Source of the DNA: Batkoa obscura
Taxonomy: Eukaryota
Direction: 5' to 3'
NCBI GenBank assembly: GCA_030770535.1
Contig: JASVEC010000001.1
Span: 1,364,001 to 1,428,000, forward strand
Length of the DNA: 64,000 nucleotides
The notes below the pieces were generated by a model, which made no database searches, was not told the DNA's origin, and was given only the letters and a program-made list of their open reading frames with translations. A program made the translations under genes and the position numbers. Positions 37,288 through 51,257 of the stretch are shown in pieces (the stretch's first letter is position 1; each line of letters opens with the position of its first letter).

Positions 37288-38773
37288 TTATTCACATCCA
37301 AAATCTTTTAATGTATTAGCAATACGATCAATACCATCAAGTACTAAATCTAAATTAGCAAAGGTATAACATAATCGAATATATGGAGCACCAGGTAAAG
37401 TAAGGTCATTATCATATTTAAAATTAATTGAATCAAAGAAAATACCAGGTACAATAATAATATGATGTTCTACTAATTTATTAAATAAAGCTTCCATAGT
37501 AGCTTTATTAACTTGATTGTTTTCATTTAATAATTTTTTTGGTAAATTTGGTTTTAACCACAAAAACATACCAGCTTTAGGCACAGAATAATTAACCATA
37601 TTACCTAATCTTTTATTAATTTGTTGAATTACTATATTACGACGAAAATAAAATTCTTTTCTGATATTAGCTATATGAATTTCATATTTTTCTTGTTTCC
37701 AAGCATCAATTAATATTTTACTTAATAAGGCTTGAGAATGACCAGATGGAAATTGAATAGATACTTCATTAATGTATTGTAATTTATCAATTATATTTTG
37801 TTGACATGTAATCCAACCTACTCTAAATCCAGGTGCTAATATTTTAGCTACAGAATCAAAGCGAATAACTCGACCATCAACATCTAAACTTAAAAAGGAA
37901 GGTAATAATGTATTATATTTAAATTCATCATGTTTCATATCAATTTCTTGTTTATCAATTAAATTAATATCTTCAGGTAATTGTAAATAATAATAAGGAT
38001 CATCTTCAATAATAAGTAAATTATATTTTTGAGCTAATTTATAAATCTTTTGTCTTCTTTGTAAACCCATAGTAGCTCCAGTTGGATTTTGACCACAAGG
38101 TACCTAATTATTATTAAATATTCTAATTCTTATTATTTTAAATATATAAAATATAACTTACAATATAAATAAATTTACAACAATTATCTGGATTATTTTG
38201 ATTCCATTCTTGTACTACTTGATCTAAAGAATCTGGAATAATACCTTGTTCATCCATTTCTAAAATTAATAATTGTAAACCAAAGCCTGAAAAGGTTTCT
38301 AAAGCAGTAGGGTAAGCCCATCTTGAGATAAGAATTGGCATATGACGTTTAAAAAACAAAACCAACATTTTATATAATGCATCAGTATTACCAGCACTTG
38401 GTATAACATTCCAATTTTTATATTTAGGTTGATGAATTAAGTTAATATGTTCATAAAAATACTTCATTAATTTTAAATTCCCTTTCCCATTACCATATTG
38501 TTGAGCTTGATTTAAACCAATACTTTCTTCCTCTTCTTTATTGATAACATATTCTTTTAAAACGTTGTCAACCGGGTCGCGGACTTTAATACTTATTTCT
38601 TCAATTGGAAAACTATCCACTCGTGGTAAACCACTAGCTAAATAAATATTCTCTTTATCCAAAGTATATTTTAATAATGATTTTAAGGGACTGATTTTAC
38701 GTGCTTTAGCTTCTTCTGTAAATAAATTACTAAAATCAATTCCTTCTTTTAAACTCATACTATCACTTAACAT
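37288..38773 (-). CDS. ARO8: Aromatic amino acid/2-aminoadipate aminotransferase (Aro8-like), 2 exons
   Basis: LASGLP, QYG, PCGQNPTG, IIEDDPYYYL, RFDSVAKILAPGFRVGW (PLP lysine). Confidence 0.9.
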
Positions 38774-40500
38774 AATATTAAATTATAAAATTTATAAATA
38801 TTTATAAAACTAAAATTAATATTTTTGATTTATTGATTTTTTTATACTATAAATGATATGGTGTGACTCGGTTTTATTATTCAAGTCATTGGACTATCTC
38901 AATTCAAACTTAGCCAATAATAATATAATATTCATTCTATCCTTACTTATTATTAGTAATAAATATATATTTTAATGAAATTTTAAGTCAAATATTATTT
39001 GATCCTATATGTTTACTTGACTACGTAGCATTTTTAATTAAACCTTTGATTTGTCCAACTTGAATTATTGAAGGTTTTATTTTAGTATACTAATTTGAAT
39101 TTTATATTTTTTGTATATAGTATAAATTAAATTAAATTAAAATATTTATAATTTACTTTATAATAATAATAAAATTCGTTCTATTTTCTTTATTAATATT
39201 AGGTTAATATTATTTTAACCCTTACTATTGAATATTAAGTGCAATTAAGTTTTATAAATTAAATTAAATTGAATTGAATTGAATTGCTAAGTTTTTATAT
39301 TAAAAACTTGATAATACTTGACATATTGCATAAAAAAAACTAAGGTTATATCAAGCGGTATATAATGTTCATGTATCAAGCACAGGATGTAAAGTAACTA
39401 AAAATAAAGCATAATTGTTTTTTTATAACTTATTTATTTACTTTTGTATTTATAAATGTAATGAAATTTTCAAAAATATCAAAATGAAAAAGAAAAATCG
39501 AAATTTATTAAATAAGTGAAAATTGATTAAATGAATTAATTTCATTAAAAACAAGGTACTTAATAAATAACTAATGTAATTTTATTCATTAATATAAAAC
39601 TATCATATAAATCTTAAACCGGATATGCCCCACATTCAAGAGTTGAATATTATCATAATTAATAGAGTTACTTTCTTTTTGTTCTATTTTTATAGCTTCA
39701 ATTAAATTTAAAAAAGAAAGGAGTCTCCAGAATTTAGCATACGTTCAAAAATTCTTTTTTTTAACAAGATTATTTCATTTATGCATGTTTAATTTAATTC
39801 ATATTACATTTTTGAATTTTATAATAAATTCAATAGCGGTAATAAACTCAAAATAAGATAAATCAAGAAATAAAGTTAAATAATAAAAACAAAGTTAAAT
39901 AATAGAAACTGAATATAGGGAAATATTTTTAATTGTTAACCTATTTACTGATTATTATTATTATTATTATTATTATTAAATATTACATTTAAAAACGCTA
40001 GTAACTTATAATAAATACAGTAATCGTTCACATTCTTACTACTATAATAAACATAATTTAAAATTGTTAAATTCAACTTGTGTAACTTGATGGAGAAAGT
40101 TGGGTATAATTGGCTTATTTTTAAATATTTTAAAGTTAATTGGTTTGATCCCTGGAATATCAAGGCTTAACTATAATTATATAAATGACAATAATGATTT
40201 TTTTAATTAACGTGTAATTGAAAATGTTCGGCATCGACTTGTAAGAGGATTACTAAATATAGTAATGGATTGAGTGGATCAGCTAACTGTTAGAATTGCT
40301 TATCAGCGGTTAATTGATATAATAATCTAATAGTTTAACTAAGTAGAATTAATATAGAAAAAATAAAAGTTTATATAAATGAAAAAAGTAACGAATATCA
40401 ATAAAAGTAACTAAAATTAAGAATAGTATCAACAAATTTATATATAAACCCCAAAATACAAAAAATCCAATTTTATTTTTTATAATAATACTTTTAAAAG

Positions 40501-41727
40501 ATGAAATTATTTTTAATTACCTTTTATTCCTTATTTAATATTGTTAAAAGTTTTAATTATGGTGTTGATAAGATACGTGGTGTTAATTTAGGTGGTTGGT
40601 TAGTATTAGAACCTTGGATCAATCCCTCTTTATTCCGACAATTTGAAGGTCAACCTAATGGGGCCGTGGATGAATGGGAATTTTGCCAAAAATTAGGTGC
40701 TAATGAAGCTAAAAGACAATTAATTCAACATTGGGATACTTGGGTAACTGAAAATGATATATCGAAATTGGCCAGAAGCGGTATTAATCATATCCGTATA
40801 CCTATTGGTTATTGGGCTTTTGATATATCCGGCGGTGAACCTTATGTTCAAGGTCAATTACCTTATTTAACAAAAGCTATTAATTGGGCTAGACAATATA
40901 ATTTAAGAGTTATTATTGATATTCATGGTGCTCCAGGTTCTCAAAATGGGTTTGATAATTCCGGTAAAAGAGGGGATATTGGCTTCTTTAACAAAGATGA
41001 AAATATTACTAGAATGTTAAATATTATTAAATATTTAACTGATAATTATATTGGTAATGAATATGAAAGTGTTGTAGCTGCTATTGAATTAGTTAATGAA
41101 CCTGCTGGTTGGTCATTAGATATGACTAAATTACAAAAGTTTTATTTAGATGGTCATAACATTATTCGAAACAAATCTAAGAGTGTTTTAGTTAATGTTC
41201 ACGATGCTTTTAAACCCTTAAATCAATGGACTTACTTAAGAGATGACCCTCAATATTCTAATGTGTTATTAGATACTCATTATTATCAAGTATTTGAATA
41301 TGGTTTAGTTTCAATGTCTAAAGATCAACATTTAAGATTACCATGTGCAAGATATGGTGATATTGCTCAATCTAATCAGAAATTATGGACCATTGTAGGT
41401 GAATGGTCATTAGCAAGTACCGATTGTACAAAATGGTTAAATGGTTTCAATAGAGGTGCTAGATACGATGGTACTTTAGATGCAGGAAAAGGACCAGCTT
41501 GCCCTGGTTGCACATGTCGAGATAAAGATGAATTAGCTACTTATTCTCCAGAACATCGTCAATTTTTGAAAAATTTTGCTATGCAACAAATTGCTGTTTA
41601 TGAACAAGCTGGGTCTGGTTGGTTCTTTTGGAACTTTAAAGCTGAAAAATCACCTGAATGGGATTTCTTAATGGCTGTTGATCAAGGTTGGATAGACTTA
41701 CATCAACCTGTTAAACATACCTGTTAA
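40501..41727 (+). CDS. EXG1: Secreted GH5 exo-1,3-beta-glucanase
   Basis: RGVNLGGWLVLEPWI, RIPIGYW, HGAPGSQNGFDNSG, NEP and GEWS catalytic motifs. Confidence 0.96.
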   Translation: MKLFLITFYSLFNIVKSFNYGVDKIRGVNLGGWLVLEPWINPSLFRQFEGQPNGAVDEWEFCQKLGANEAKRQLIQHWDTWVTENDISKLARSGINHIRIPIGYWAFDISGGEPYVQGQLPYLTKAINWARQYNLRVIIDIHGAPGSQNGFDNSGKRGDIGFFNKDENITRMLNIIKYLTDNYIGNEYESVVAAIELVNEPAGWSLDMTKLQKFYLDGHNIIRNKSKSVLVNVHDAFKPLNQWTYLRDDPQYSNVLLDTHYYQVFEYGLVSMSKDQHLRLPCARYGDIAQSNQKLWTIVGEWSLASTDCTKWLNGFNRGARYDGTLDAGKGPACPGCTCRDKDELATYSPEHRQFLKNFAMQQIAVYEQAGSGWFFWNFKAEKSPEWDFLMAVDQGWIDLHQPVKHTC

Positions 41728-42448
41728 CTAGTTGGTCTAAGTAATATAATTATATTATATTATTTAGCTTCTTATTGTTTGCCATTAATTTTAATCTTTA
41801 CTTCATTCAAATTTTATTTTTATCCAAAATAAATAAATATATTTTTTTACTAAATAAATAGATTCAAAAATAATAAACTTTTATTAAATTTTTTATTTTA
41901 AAAATTAATGAAATGATAACCTATTTTATTTAACAAGGTCAATTATAACCAAGTACTAAATAACGGGCATATTTAATTTTTTCAATTGTTACAATTCATA
42001 ATTTGTAAAAATAGTTGTAGCCAATTAAATGCTATTCAAATTATTTATATTTAGTAGTTCCTATTTTTGAATAAAAAAAACTTGTACCAATTAAAATATT
42101 AAATGTCTCCTATTATTTCTCACTTGGTTGTATCAAAATTATTGTATAAATAAAGTTTAAAATCCTAGATATTCGAACGATTATTTTAATTCGATTGATA
42201 TCTACGCCTTTTCCACAAATGTATGAAAAATGGAAAATACAACAGTAATAATTAAATAATCAAACAAACATCAATAATGATAAAGATAAGTAAGTGGTTT
42301 TATTTATGTCATCATTATCTTAAAGTATCAAAATTACTTTATAAAATACAAAAAAAGGCAAATTATAAAACTGCAAAAATTCTGAATACATATTCCAATT
42401 TACTTTCGAAAATAGCAATTTTTCAGTGGCACTAAAAAAATAATGGAC

Positions 42449-42490
42449 CAAACTGGATTTTAGACCCCTTGGGGTCTAAAATCCAGTTTG
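42449..42490. repeat. Perfect 20-bp-arm hairpin with 2-nt spacer
   Basis: caaactggattttagacccc-tt-ggggtctaaaatccagtttg. Confidence 0.9.
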
Positions 42491-44525
42491 ATCCGCATTT
42501 TCAATTGTTAATGAATCAATATCTAAAAAAAAAGATAAACCAGTCGCAGCCATCCCATCCTTTCATGGAAATAAAAAGTGACTACCTTATTTTAAATAAG
42601 CTAATATATTAACATTAGCATTAAAGAATAACCACCAAATAATCTTCTTGCCAGATGTAAAAAGAAAGTGTTATAAAAAAGGATCCTTTTATAATTTATT
42701 TGTAGATGAAGTCATATATAGTAAAATCACTATGCTTTTGAAAATAAGGTCTGCCTTTTCCTTTCTATAGAGAATGAGATCATTGATAGGAACATCTACA
42801 TGCCTTTACCATAAAAGGTCGATTGGCTGGAATTCTTTCTTATTGAGATAAAGTTAAGATTGATATCACTTAGTTAATAAAGTTATCACCATAGCTTGAA
42901 TATCATGTTATACTCTTTTGTAATAATTTGGTTTTTTAAATTAACAAGTGAACTTAATAGTTTAAAAAAACAGTCGTTTTCAATAAATAGGGTTTAAAGC
43001 GGTAGTTTTAATATTGTTTCATTTTTAACATTGTTATTTCTAATATTAAGCTTCACTCGTTAACTTGGAATTACCCATTTCTTTTGTAAAATAAAAAGGA
43101 CCCGGTTAATTTTAGATAATATCTTCAGTATTAATATGTAGAAGAGAATAAAAGTAAAAGTAAAAGTAAAAGTAAAAGTAAAAGTAAAAATAACAATTTT
43201 TATTCTAGAGTAAAATAATCGCGCATTAGGTTCTAAAACATTACAAAAATACATTGTAGGTTGAAATAGTATTTTATATTTGCTAGTGAGACCATCTACA
43301 GTAACATCACCATGATTTCATCAGAAGAGACAGCTTTTTTGCTTTTATTTTCACTATAGCCATAAGATGAAAGTTGATATTATTTGATTTACGAAAAGTT
43401 GTCATTATAAAATAATATGGCTACTCTTTTGTGAACAATTTCGTTAGATTTATTATTGATAAAAGTGAGATAATTGAATAATTAATGAATAATTCTGAAA
43501 GAAATTCCCTTCGATAATAAAAACAACCCAAAGTTATAGCTACAGTTCCAGTATTATCTTATAATAACCCAACGTTATTATTTTTAACATCAAGTATTAC
43601 CCGCTAACTTCGAATTATCTGTTTCTTTTGTAAATATAATAAAGACACAATTCTCTTTCACCTTTTCAAGGTTTTTAAAAAAAAAGACCTAGTTAATTTT
43701 ATATAATTTCTTCAGTATTAATATGTAGAAGAGAATAAAAGTAAAAACTTTTTATTCTAGAGTTAAAATAAAGTATAATTAAAATATCATCTTCAATTTG
43801 ACTTCAATCGTAAAAATAAATTGAAACTGAGATCATTTTGATATCTTTACAGATATAATATCGATAGTAATATCACTATACATTTACCAGGAAAGATTAG
43901 TTAGCTTTATTTCATTCTATTGGCATGAGATAGATGCTGATATCATTTAATTTATTGAGGCTGATACCATAAATTAAACAGTATGTTTACTCTATGAATA
44001 ATTAAGCTATACTCATAATTAGCAAAAGTGGCCTCAACAATAAAAAAGTAAGTAACAGTTTTTTAAAAAAATATTCATTTTTAACAAAAAAGCTGCCAAA
44101 GGTGATAGTTTGGTAATACTTTTAATGTCAAAGCTTCAAATGATCGCCTGTTTTCTTATAAATTGTCCGGTTTCTCGTGTGAATGTCCAAAAAATATCTT
44201 GTTTATTCTAGATTACAATAATATATTACTCAAACTGTAGAACAGAATAAATGTGTCTTATTCTAGAGCAATAAAATCACATTAAATTATAAAATATCGT
44301 AATAAAATCACACATTAAACTACAAAGATCATAAATATATATTTTGAGATTTGTTAAAGCTGAGATCATCTGCGATAACATAAACTATAAGCCACATGAA
44401 AGACCAGTCTTTTCTTTATTACTTCATTCTATTAACATGGGATCAGGATTAATATCGTTCAATCTATTAAAGTTGGCAGCATAAATTAAATAGCATATTA
44501 ACTTTTTGAAATAATTTCGTTATTT

Positions 44526-44624
44526 GGGGGTGTTTTTTTTGGCTTCATTATTTTTTCCATTTTTTAAGCACTATTTGAGTGGAAAAGTTGTTAGTAAAAT
44601 TCTTAAATATAAAAATACTTCCCC
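44526..44624 (-). mobile_element. ~97-bp MITE family copy
   Basis: GGGGGTGT...CCCC, ATTT TSD. Confidence 0.85.
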
Positions 44625-44720
44625 ATTTTATTATTTAAAAGTGGAGTTTTTTTATATTGATAAAAAGTGAATTGGTGGTTCAGAAATATGTGAGAATCTT
44701 TAAATTAAGGATTTAGATTT

Positions 44721-44818
44721 GGGGATGTATTTTTGTGTTTAAGAATTTTACTAACAATTTTTCCGCTCAAACAGTGCTTAAAAGATGGGAAAAGTGCTGA
44801 GACCAAAAAAACACCTCC
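44721..44818 (+). mobile_element. ~97-bp MITE family copy
   Basis: GGGGATGT...ACACCTCC, ATTT TSD. Confidence 0.85.
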
Positions 44819-45326
44819 ATTTTGTGTATGATAAAATCATTTAGAGTTATCGAAAATGTAACGTTTAATATTAAACTAATGCCATTTTTATACATGAAAT
44901 TACCATCCTTTATAATAAACACGTCGTTAGCTACATGTTTTCTGAAAAGAAATATTATTTGTATAAATAATAGTTATCTATTTATTATACAAATCTGAAA
45001 TAAACTCAATCTTATTTTTAGATCTGATATTCACTTATCAAATTACAAAAAAAGAATCTAAGAATAAAAAGCAAACAAGTTATTTAAAATTCAATGAAAA
45101 GCAGCTAAAAGTTATTTAAACTATAATACAATGATATCAATTAAATTAACAACAACCCTCTGCTTAACACAATAACCCGTTTATTTTGTAAAGTTACGAA
45201 TAATGTCCACATTAAAATATTAAAATATCTAGAATAAAATGCAAATAAAACTTTTTATTCCATTAGAAAAAAGCATAAATGAAAATCAGTACATTACAAT
45301 TGCAGGCTAAATCGTAAAAAATAAAT

Positions 45327-45423
45327 GAGGGTTTTTTTTAGTTTCATCATTTTTTCCATTTTTTAAGCACTGTTTGAGCGGAAAGATTGCTAGTAAAATT
45401 CTTAAACACAAAAATACATCTCC
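45327..45423 (-). mobile_element. ~97-bp MITE family copy
   Basis: GAGGG...ACATCTCC, AAAT TSD; empty-site paralog at ~43806-43835. Confidence 0.85.
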
Positions 45424-47174
45424 AAATGTTATTTGAGATCATCCTTTACATCTTGAAGATGAGATCATCTATAAATTGCAGGATAGTACTACTTATGTTT
45501 CGAAGTAAAAAAAGATTCTATTTTTCTAACATTACCCACTAATCTTTAACACCACCTAATACAAACTTCATGTAAAGTTGTCATTATAAAATAAATATTA
45601 ATCAACTGAAATATTTCCGTAAAATTGGAATATTTGAAATAAATTAACTTTTAAATTTTAATATTCTAATATTTTATTTAAATTATAGAATGTTTGTTTA
45701 ATGAATAAAAATCGGTTTGAATAAAATATGAAAAAATGTAAATTTGTTCATCTATAATCTCTAAATGCTTTATTTTAAATCGCTTTACGGGTGTGTTGAC
45801 TATTTCAAAAGTTAAAAGCTAATACTCTTTTATAATTAAACTTTGATTAGTTTCAAACAAACTTCTTAGCGGACTTAAAGTAATATAAAAAATTACCAGT
45901 CAACTATCCAACAATAACAACAATTAGTTTAAATTAATTATGAGTACCTTTCATTTCCTAATAATTGATAAAATTGAAGCACCACCTCAATTACTAAAAG
46001 TAAGTATTAAGTTGTTACACAAAACTAATAGATAAGTTCAACAAATAAGTAAACTGTAACAATAAAAAAAGCAGAGAGCGATTATAAACTATTCTTTTAT
46101 ATTACCAAATATCTTCAATTTTTTTATTTTGTTAATAATTTAATTTAATTTAATTCTTTATTTTTAATGATTTTATATTTCCATTCAATTCATTCTGTTA
46201 TCGTATTACTCTCAAATTAATACTTGAATGTTTTCATTTAAGCGAACTTTTATAATATGATAATATTACTATTACAATTATTATATAATATTACATTTTT
46301 AAATACATTGATTTAACCTAAATGCTAATTCCAAATAAACTACTCCATTAACTAGTGGCTTTATATAAATTATTTTTAATAACAATGGGGCGTTGCAATA
46401 AGCGTAGCCAACTAAACCTAGACAAGTAGCAAGTTAATAAAATAAAATCTTCTAAAATTATGGTGAAGCTAATAATAGCTGCATGAAGTTTTATTGGATA
46501 AGCCTTTATTTTTTTATTTACTAAAATTCCAATATTCAGTTAAAATTTCCAATTTGTAAAGAATAAAAAGCTTTATTCGAATAAATTAAAATTCTAATCT
46601 TCGTTCATAATTTTAATATTACCTCATAAAAGTGGCTTGAACATTTAAAATAGTAAAAATAACCTGGGATAGAATAAATTTCAAAGAATATGACACTTTA
46701 TTCTAATTTTTTGTTAGAACATTCAATAGCCAATGATAAAATAGTAAAGAATATATATGGCTCTATATTGGAATGGGGAAATGGGACACTTAGTTGTACA
46801 AACTAAATGAATATATAAACAACTCAAGATACTAATTTTTGTCAGAAAATTTAATCATTTTTATAATCTATTTTTTGTTTTATATTTAAAAAAAATAACA
46901 AGTATTTTATATTTAAAACAATAACAACGTCAACTTAGTTATTTCTATTTCGTAATAAATTGTTTCTCGTTTTCAACCCTAGTTTTCTAAATCAACCCCC
47001 AATTTCTTTAGGATTTTAAGTTTTTCAATCCTTACTTTACCAATAATCCGTTTTATAACTACGCATCCAAGTTATAAAATTCTAAGCCTTAAGTACCTTA
47101 ACTTTTAACTTTAATATTTCCCCCCATCAACTTTCTTTTTCTTAATTTTTTCAAAAAATAATAATAATTCAATA

Positions 47175-47954
47175 ATGAAGTCATTTGATCTTGGTACTCA
47201 TGATATTACAGACACTATCAATATGGTGGCCAGTTACATAACTCAATTATCTGATTTAAACACTATTCAAGAGAATTCTGGTTATACCACCTTTCATGCA
47301 CGTTCCGTACCTAATATTGATATTACCAGTTATTTGATACGTATACAAAGATATTGTCCAACTTCTAATGAAAGTTATTTAGCTATGATTATTTATTTAC
47401 ATCGTATCATCAAACTTAATATGGAAAACAAATTCTCATATAACTTTACAGTAGATGCTTATTCTATTCATCGATTAATTATTACTTCCATCATGGTCTC
47501 TTCTAAATATTATTCTGATGTATTCTTTACTAATTCAAGATATGCTAAAGTAGGTGGTATCTCTGTCATGGAATTAAATCATTTAGAATTGGAATTATTA
47601 ATTAGTTTAAATTTTGATATCACTATTACATTGGAAGAATTACAATATTATGGGGATCAATTAATTAACAGTAATTTATCTTATTTACCACCTCAACAAT
47701 TATTTGAAGGGCCTAGATTCACAATGCCTCCAATGCCATTACCTAATTTAGAACTTAGTTCAGATACTTTATCAGCTGAATCTACTCCATCATCCCATGC
47801 TGAAGTCGCTGCTTTAGATGCTAATATGTATGAGAGTACCTTACAATCAGATAATTATAATAAGATGGAAAATAATAATCGATATTCGAGTTGTCAAAGT
47901 GAAACTCAAATTGAAATGGAAAGGAATACTAAGTTCCAAGGACAAGGGGTTTAA
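47175..47954 (+). CDS. Pho80/Pcl-family cyclin (Pcl6/7-like)
   Basis: FHARSVPNIDITSYLIRIQRYC, IHRLIITSIMVSSKYYSDVFFTNSRYAKVGG, ELNHLELE. Confidence 0.92.
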   Translation: MKSFDLGTHDITDTINMVASYITQLSDLNTIQENSGYTTFHARSVPNIDITSYLIRIQRYCPTSNESYLAMIIYLHRIIKLNMENKFSYNFTVDAYSIHRLIITSIMVSSKYYSDVFFTNSRYAKVGGISVMELNHLELELLISLNFDITITLEELQYYGDQLINSNLSYLPPQQLFEGPRFTMPPMPLPNLELSSDTLSAESTPSSHAEVAALDANMYESTLQSDNYNKMENNNRYSSCQSETQIEMERNTKFQGQGV

Positions 47955-48831
47955 TTTATTAAGCCAATTGTCCACTTACTAATTCTATTGTATAGTTTTC
48001 CGTATTCTATTATTCTATTTTAATGGTCACTCTTTTTAGTGCTTTCACTTTTTTAAAAAAGGCTTAAGCCCTTGTTTATTTACTCTTATTTTCCTGCAAA
48101 TAAAAATTTAGTCACTTTTTTCTATGGTAGTGTAACAACTAACATGGGAAAATATTATTATATTAAAATATGAGGTTTCTATCGTTTTATTTTTTTAATG
48201 TTTTAATTGAATTTTTAATCACATATTGAACTTGAATCCCCTCTTTTGTTTATTTTTCATGTTTTTATTATACTGGTTTACTTGATCTTAACAAAATGTT
48301 ACTTCTCCTTAAACTTTATAAATTTATAAAAAACTATTCCTAATAAGAGATCTATTTAATTATACGAAAGATAGAAATAAAACATAATAAAATTTAGTAT
48401 AATTAAATAATATTATTTTATATTTTATTTTGTTATTTAAATTAATATATTAAATTTAATCTAACTTTTAATCTTTTAATTGTAATAATGAAAATAATTT
48501 ATTAAGCTTATTAACTTACCCCTCTCCTCTTAACTCAGCAATTTAATCTTATGTTATTTTTGTTAAAAATATATGCAAGATTAAAAATATAAAAATACAG
48601 ATTCATCAAAATAAAATTTCAAAAAAAATCTTATCAAAAAAATTTGATTTTTGGATAAGTCATCAAATTTTGGCAATTTTCCAAAAACAGTAATTAGTCG
48701 ATTTAAATTCGAATTTAATAAAGGCGATAATTTAAACTGTTAAAAATGCATTTCATAAAAAAATTTAAGGCAAAGAAATCAACTTTATATAAAAAATATT
48801 GGCACTTTCTATAAAACATAGCAATACAGGA

Positions 48832-51257
48832 ATGGTTCTCATAAAGACCCAAAAGTCAACTCCTCGCTCACTATATATCGAAGGAACAGCTACAAAAGAT
48901 AGCAGTGGTAATTATTATTATTAATAATTTTACAAGTATAACCTTAATCAACTAAATTTAATTTCATTCCTCACAGTCAGTTACATCTCCTCTTTATTTC
49001 CACAAGAGGATCTATTATTACCTCCAATATATTATAATTCTCCATTTGAAGCTTTTTGCAAATGTAAGTAGCATCTCGTTTTATATTATATTATATTATA
49101 TTATGTTATATTATTTTAAATCAGATTAAATCAAATCAAATCAATAAAAAACTTACATTTATTAACTCATTTCCCTATTTTAGATGCCTTAGCTAACCCT
49201 TCTAAAATCGCAATTCAACTTTCAGCTTCTAAACTAACTGCTGACCAACTATTAAAACAAATCTTAAAATTTGGTTTAGGCTATAAAAAGCTCTTCACAA
49301 CTTCAAACTCTAAGTTGACACCCTCCTCTCCACCCATGCTTGGTCTATGTCTCTCCAGCTCCCCCGACTGGTTAATAATTGACTTAGCTTGTCAAGGCTT
49401 CTCTATCATTTCTGTAATATTTAATGAAAACTTTACCATGGAAAATTTAATCCATGGTTTAAATCAAACGAAACTTAAAGTATTAGTAGGTGGTAAAATA
49501 TTGTTAAAGGAATTAATTAAGATTAAAGATAAGCTAAAATATTTGGAATGTTTTATATTGAGTGATGAAGAGGGGATAACAAGGGCTGAGGTTACACAAG
49601 AACATCTATTTCAAGTCATCGATGTTGAAAAAATTTACGAATTAGGAACTAAACAAGCAGGTATTGGATTAATGTATTTAATTCCTAAATCAATTTCTAG
49701 TGACACTATTAGTACCATCGCATATACCAGTGGTACTACCAGTTTACCTAAAGGAGTCTTATTAAGTAATCAAAACTTAACATGTGCTTTATTTAATTCT
49801 GAATTAGCATTTTCATTCTTAAATATGGAAAATATAAAATCCATGGAATATCTAAGCTATTCACAGTTACCAATAAGAGTACATGCTTATTTATCATTGA
49901 TTAAAGGACAAACATTATTATTTTCTACAACTGGGGAAAAGGAGAGTGGATTACTGGAAGAGATAGTTAAATGGAAACCAAATCAAATTCATTTATCTGA
50001 TAGATTAATGAAACAATTGTTACAATTAATATATTCTAAAGTAAATGAAAATGGTATGAAATTTGAATTAAACAAATTAATGGAAGTGTTAAGTTTAAAT
50101 GAGGGTGAGTTAGAGAATATTGTTATCGATGATGAATTAAAGACACTATTTTTAAGTATTCAACAATTGATAGGGGAACAGTTAAAATTGATTACCTCAT
50201 TTAATTATTCGATTTATAAAAATAAATTTTATTTGTTAAAGTTATTATTTAATGTACCAATTATACAAAGTAAGTTATATAAAAATAATATATAATAATT
50301 GATATTAATTCCCAATTCTAGGTTACGGTCTAACTGAAACTACTGGACAGGGTTTTCGTACCTCCCCTGATGAACATGGTTATGGGGTGGGTGGGGTAGT
50401 CCCCTTAACCATGGCTAAATTAGTGAATTGTGCTGAATTAGAATATTCCATCACCGATGAACCATGTCCAAGGGGAGAAATTTACTTAAAAGGACCACAT
50501 TTGTTTTTAGGGTATTATGGCGAGAGTAAAAGTCCTTTAACAAAACAAGGTTGGTATCCTACTGGAGATATTGGCAGTTTGGATAAAAATAATGGGGTAT
50601 TTACTATAATTGATAGAAAAGCCAATTTTTTTAAGTTAAAGCAAGGTAAATTAAAGTTTTTTGATTTTATTAATTTGATTTTTTAATTATTTTCTTTTAG
50701 GTATTTATATTACTCCAGAGAAAATCGAGAGTGCATATAAGAAACTTTATCTTATAGAAGAGATCTATGTACCCACATTGACTTTAAATCAAGCTACTAA
50801 TGTCATTGCCATTATCTATCCGAATTTAGATCATTTTTTAGGTTGGGCTAGTTATCATTTAGAAAGGGTTATATTAAATGAAGAGTTGGTGGGATTATGT
50901 GGGGATAAGAGTTTTAAACAGGGGTTTTTAAATGAACTTAATCGACAACAAAAAAGTTTAAAAATATTAGTAGAGGATGAAATGGTAAAGAATTTTGAAT
51001 TTGTATTGACTCCTTTTTCAAGTAATCAGGAGTTTGTAACAGTTAAGTAAGTTTTTATAGTTTATTATCATAAAAAAAATTAAGTTTATCTTTTTTTTTA
51101 TTATAGTCATCGATTCAAACGATCTCATTTAAAATCTCATTACTCCCAAATTATTGAAACTTTAGCTAATCATTCAATAATTGATTTGGAATCCGTGCCC
51201 AAAGTAACTATTAACAATACTGCTGGTTATTTAAATAAGTTGAAAAGTTTATTATAA
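48832..51257 (+). CDS. Long-chain fatty acyl-CoA synthetase-like, multi-exon
   Basis: YTSGTTSLPKGV, GYGLTET, PRGEIYLKG, GWYPTGDIG, IIDRKANFFKLKQG; ends KSLL*. Confidence 0.88.

Larger units (their letters stand above)
43099..45600. repeat. Degenerate tandem array of 3-4 units (~0.55-0.6 kb period in the first three)
   Basis: 38-bp exact match 43122-43159 / 43709-43746; recurring ttattctagag, gagatcatct and ttcattctatt blocks. Confidence 0.65.

Noticed and set aside
29760..38773. Metabolic cluster of D-amino-acid oxidase plus aminotransferase
   Set aside because: Separated by four unrelated genes; no backbone enzyme, transporter or regulator.
40278..40319. Hairpin upstream of the exoglucanase
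   Set aside because: A single 14-bp imperfect stem, plausible by chance.
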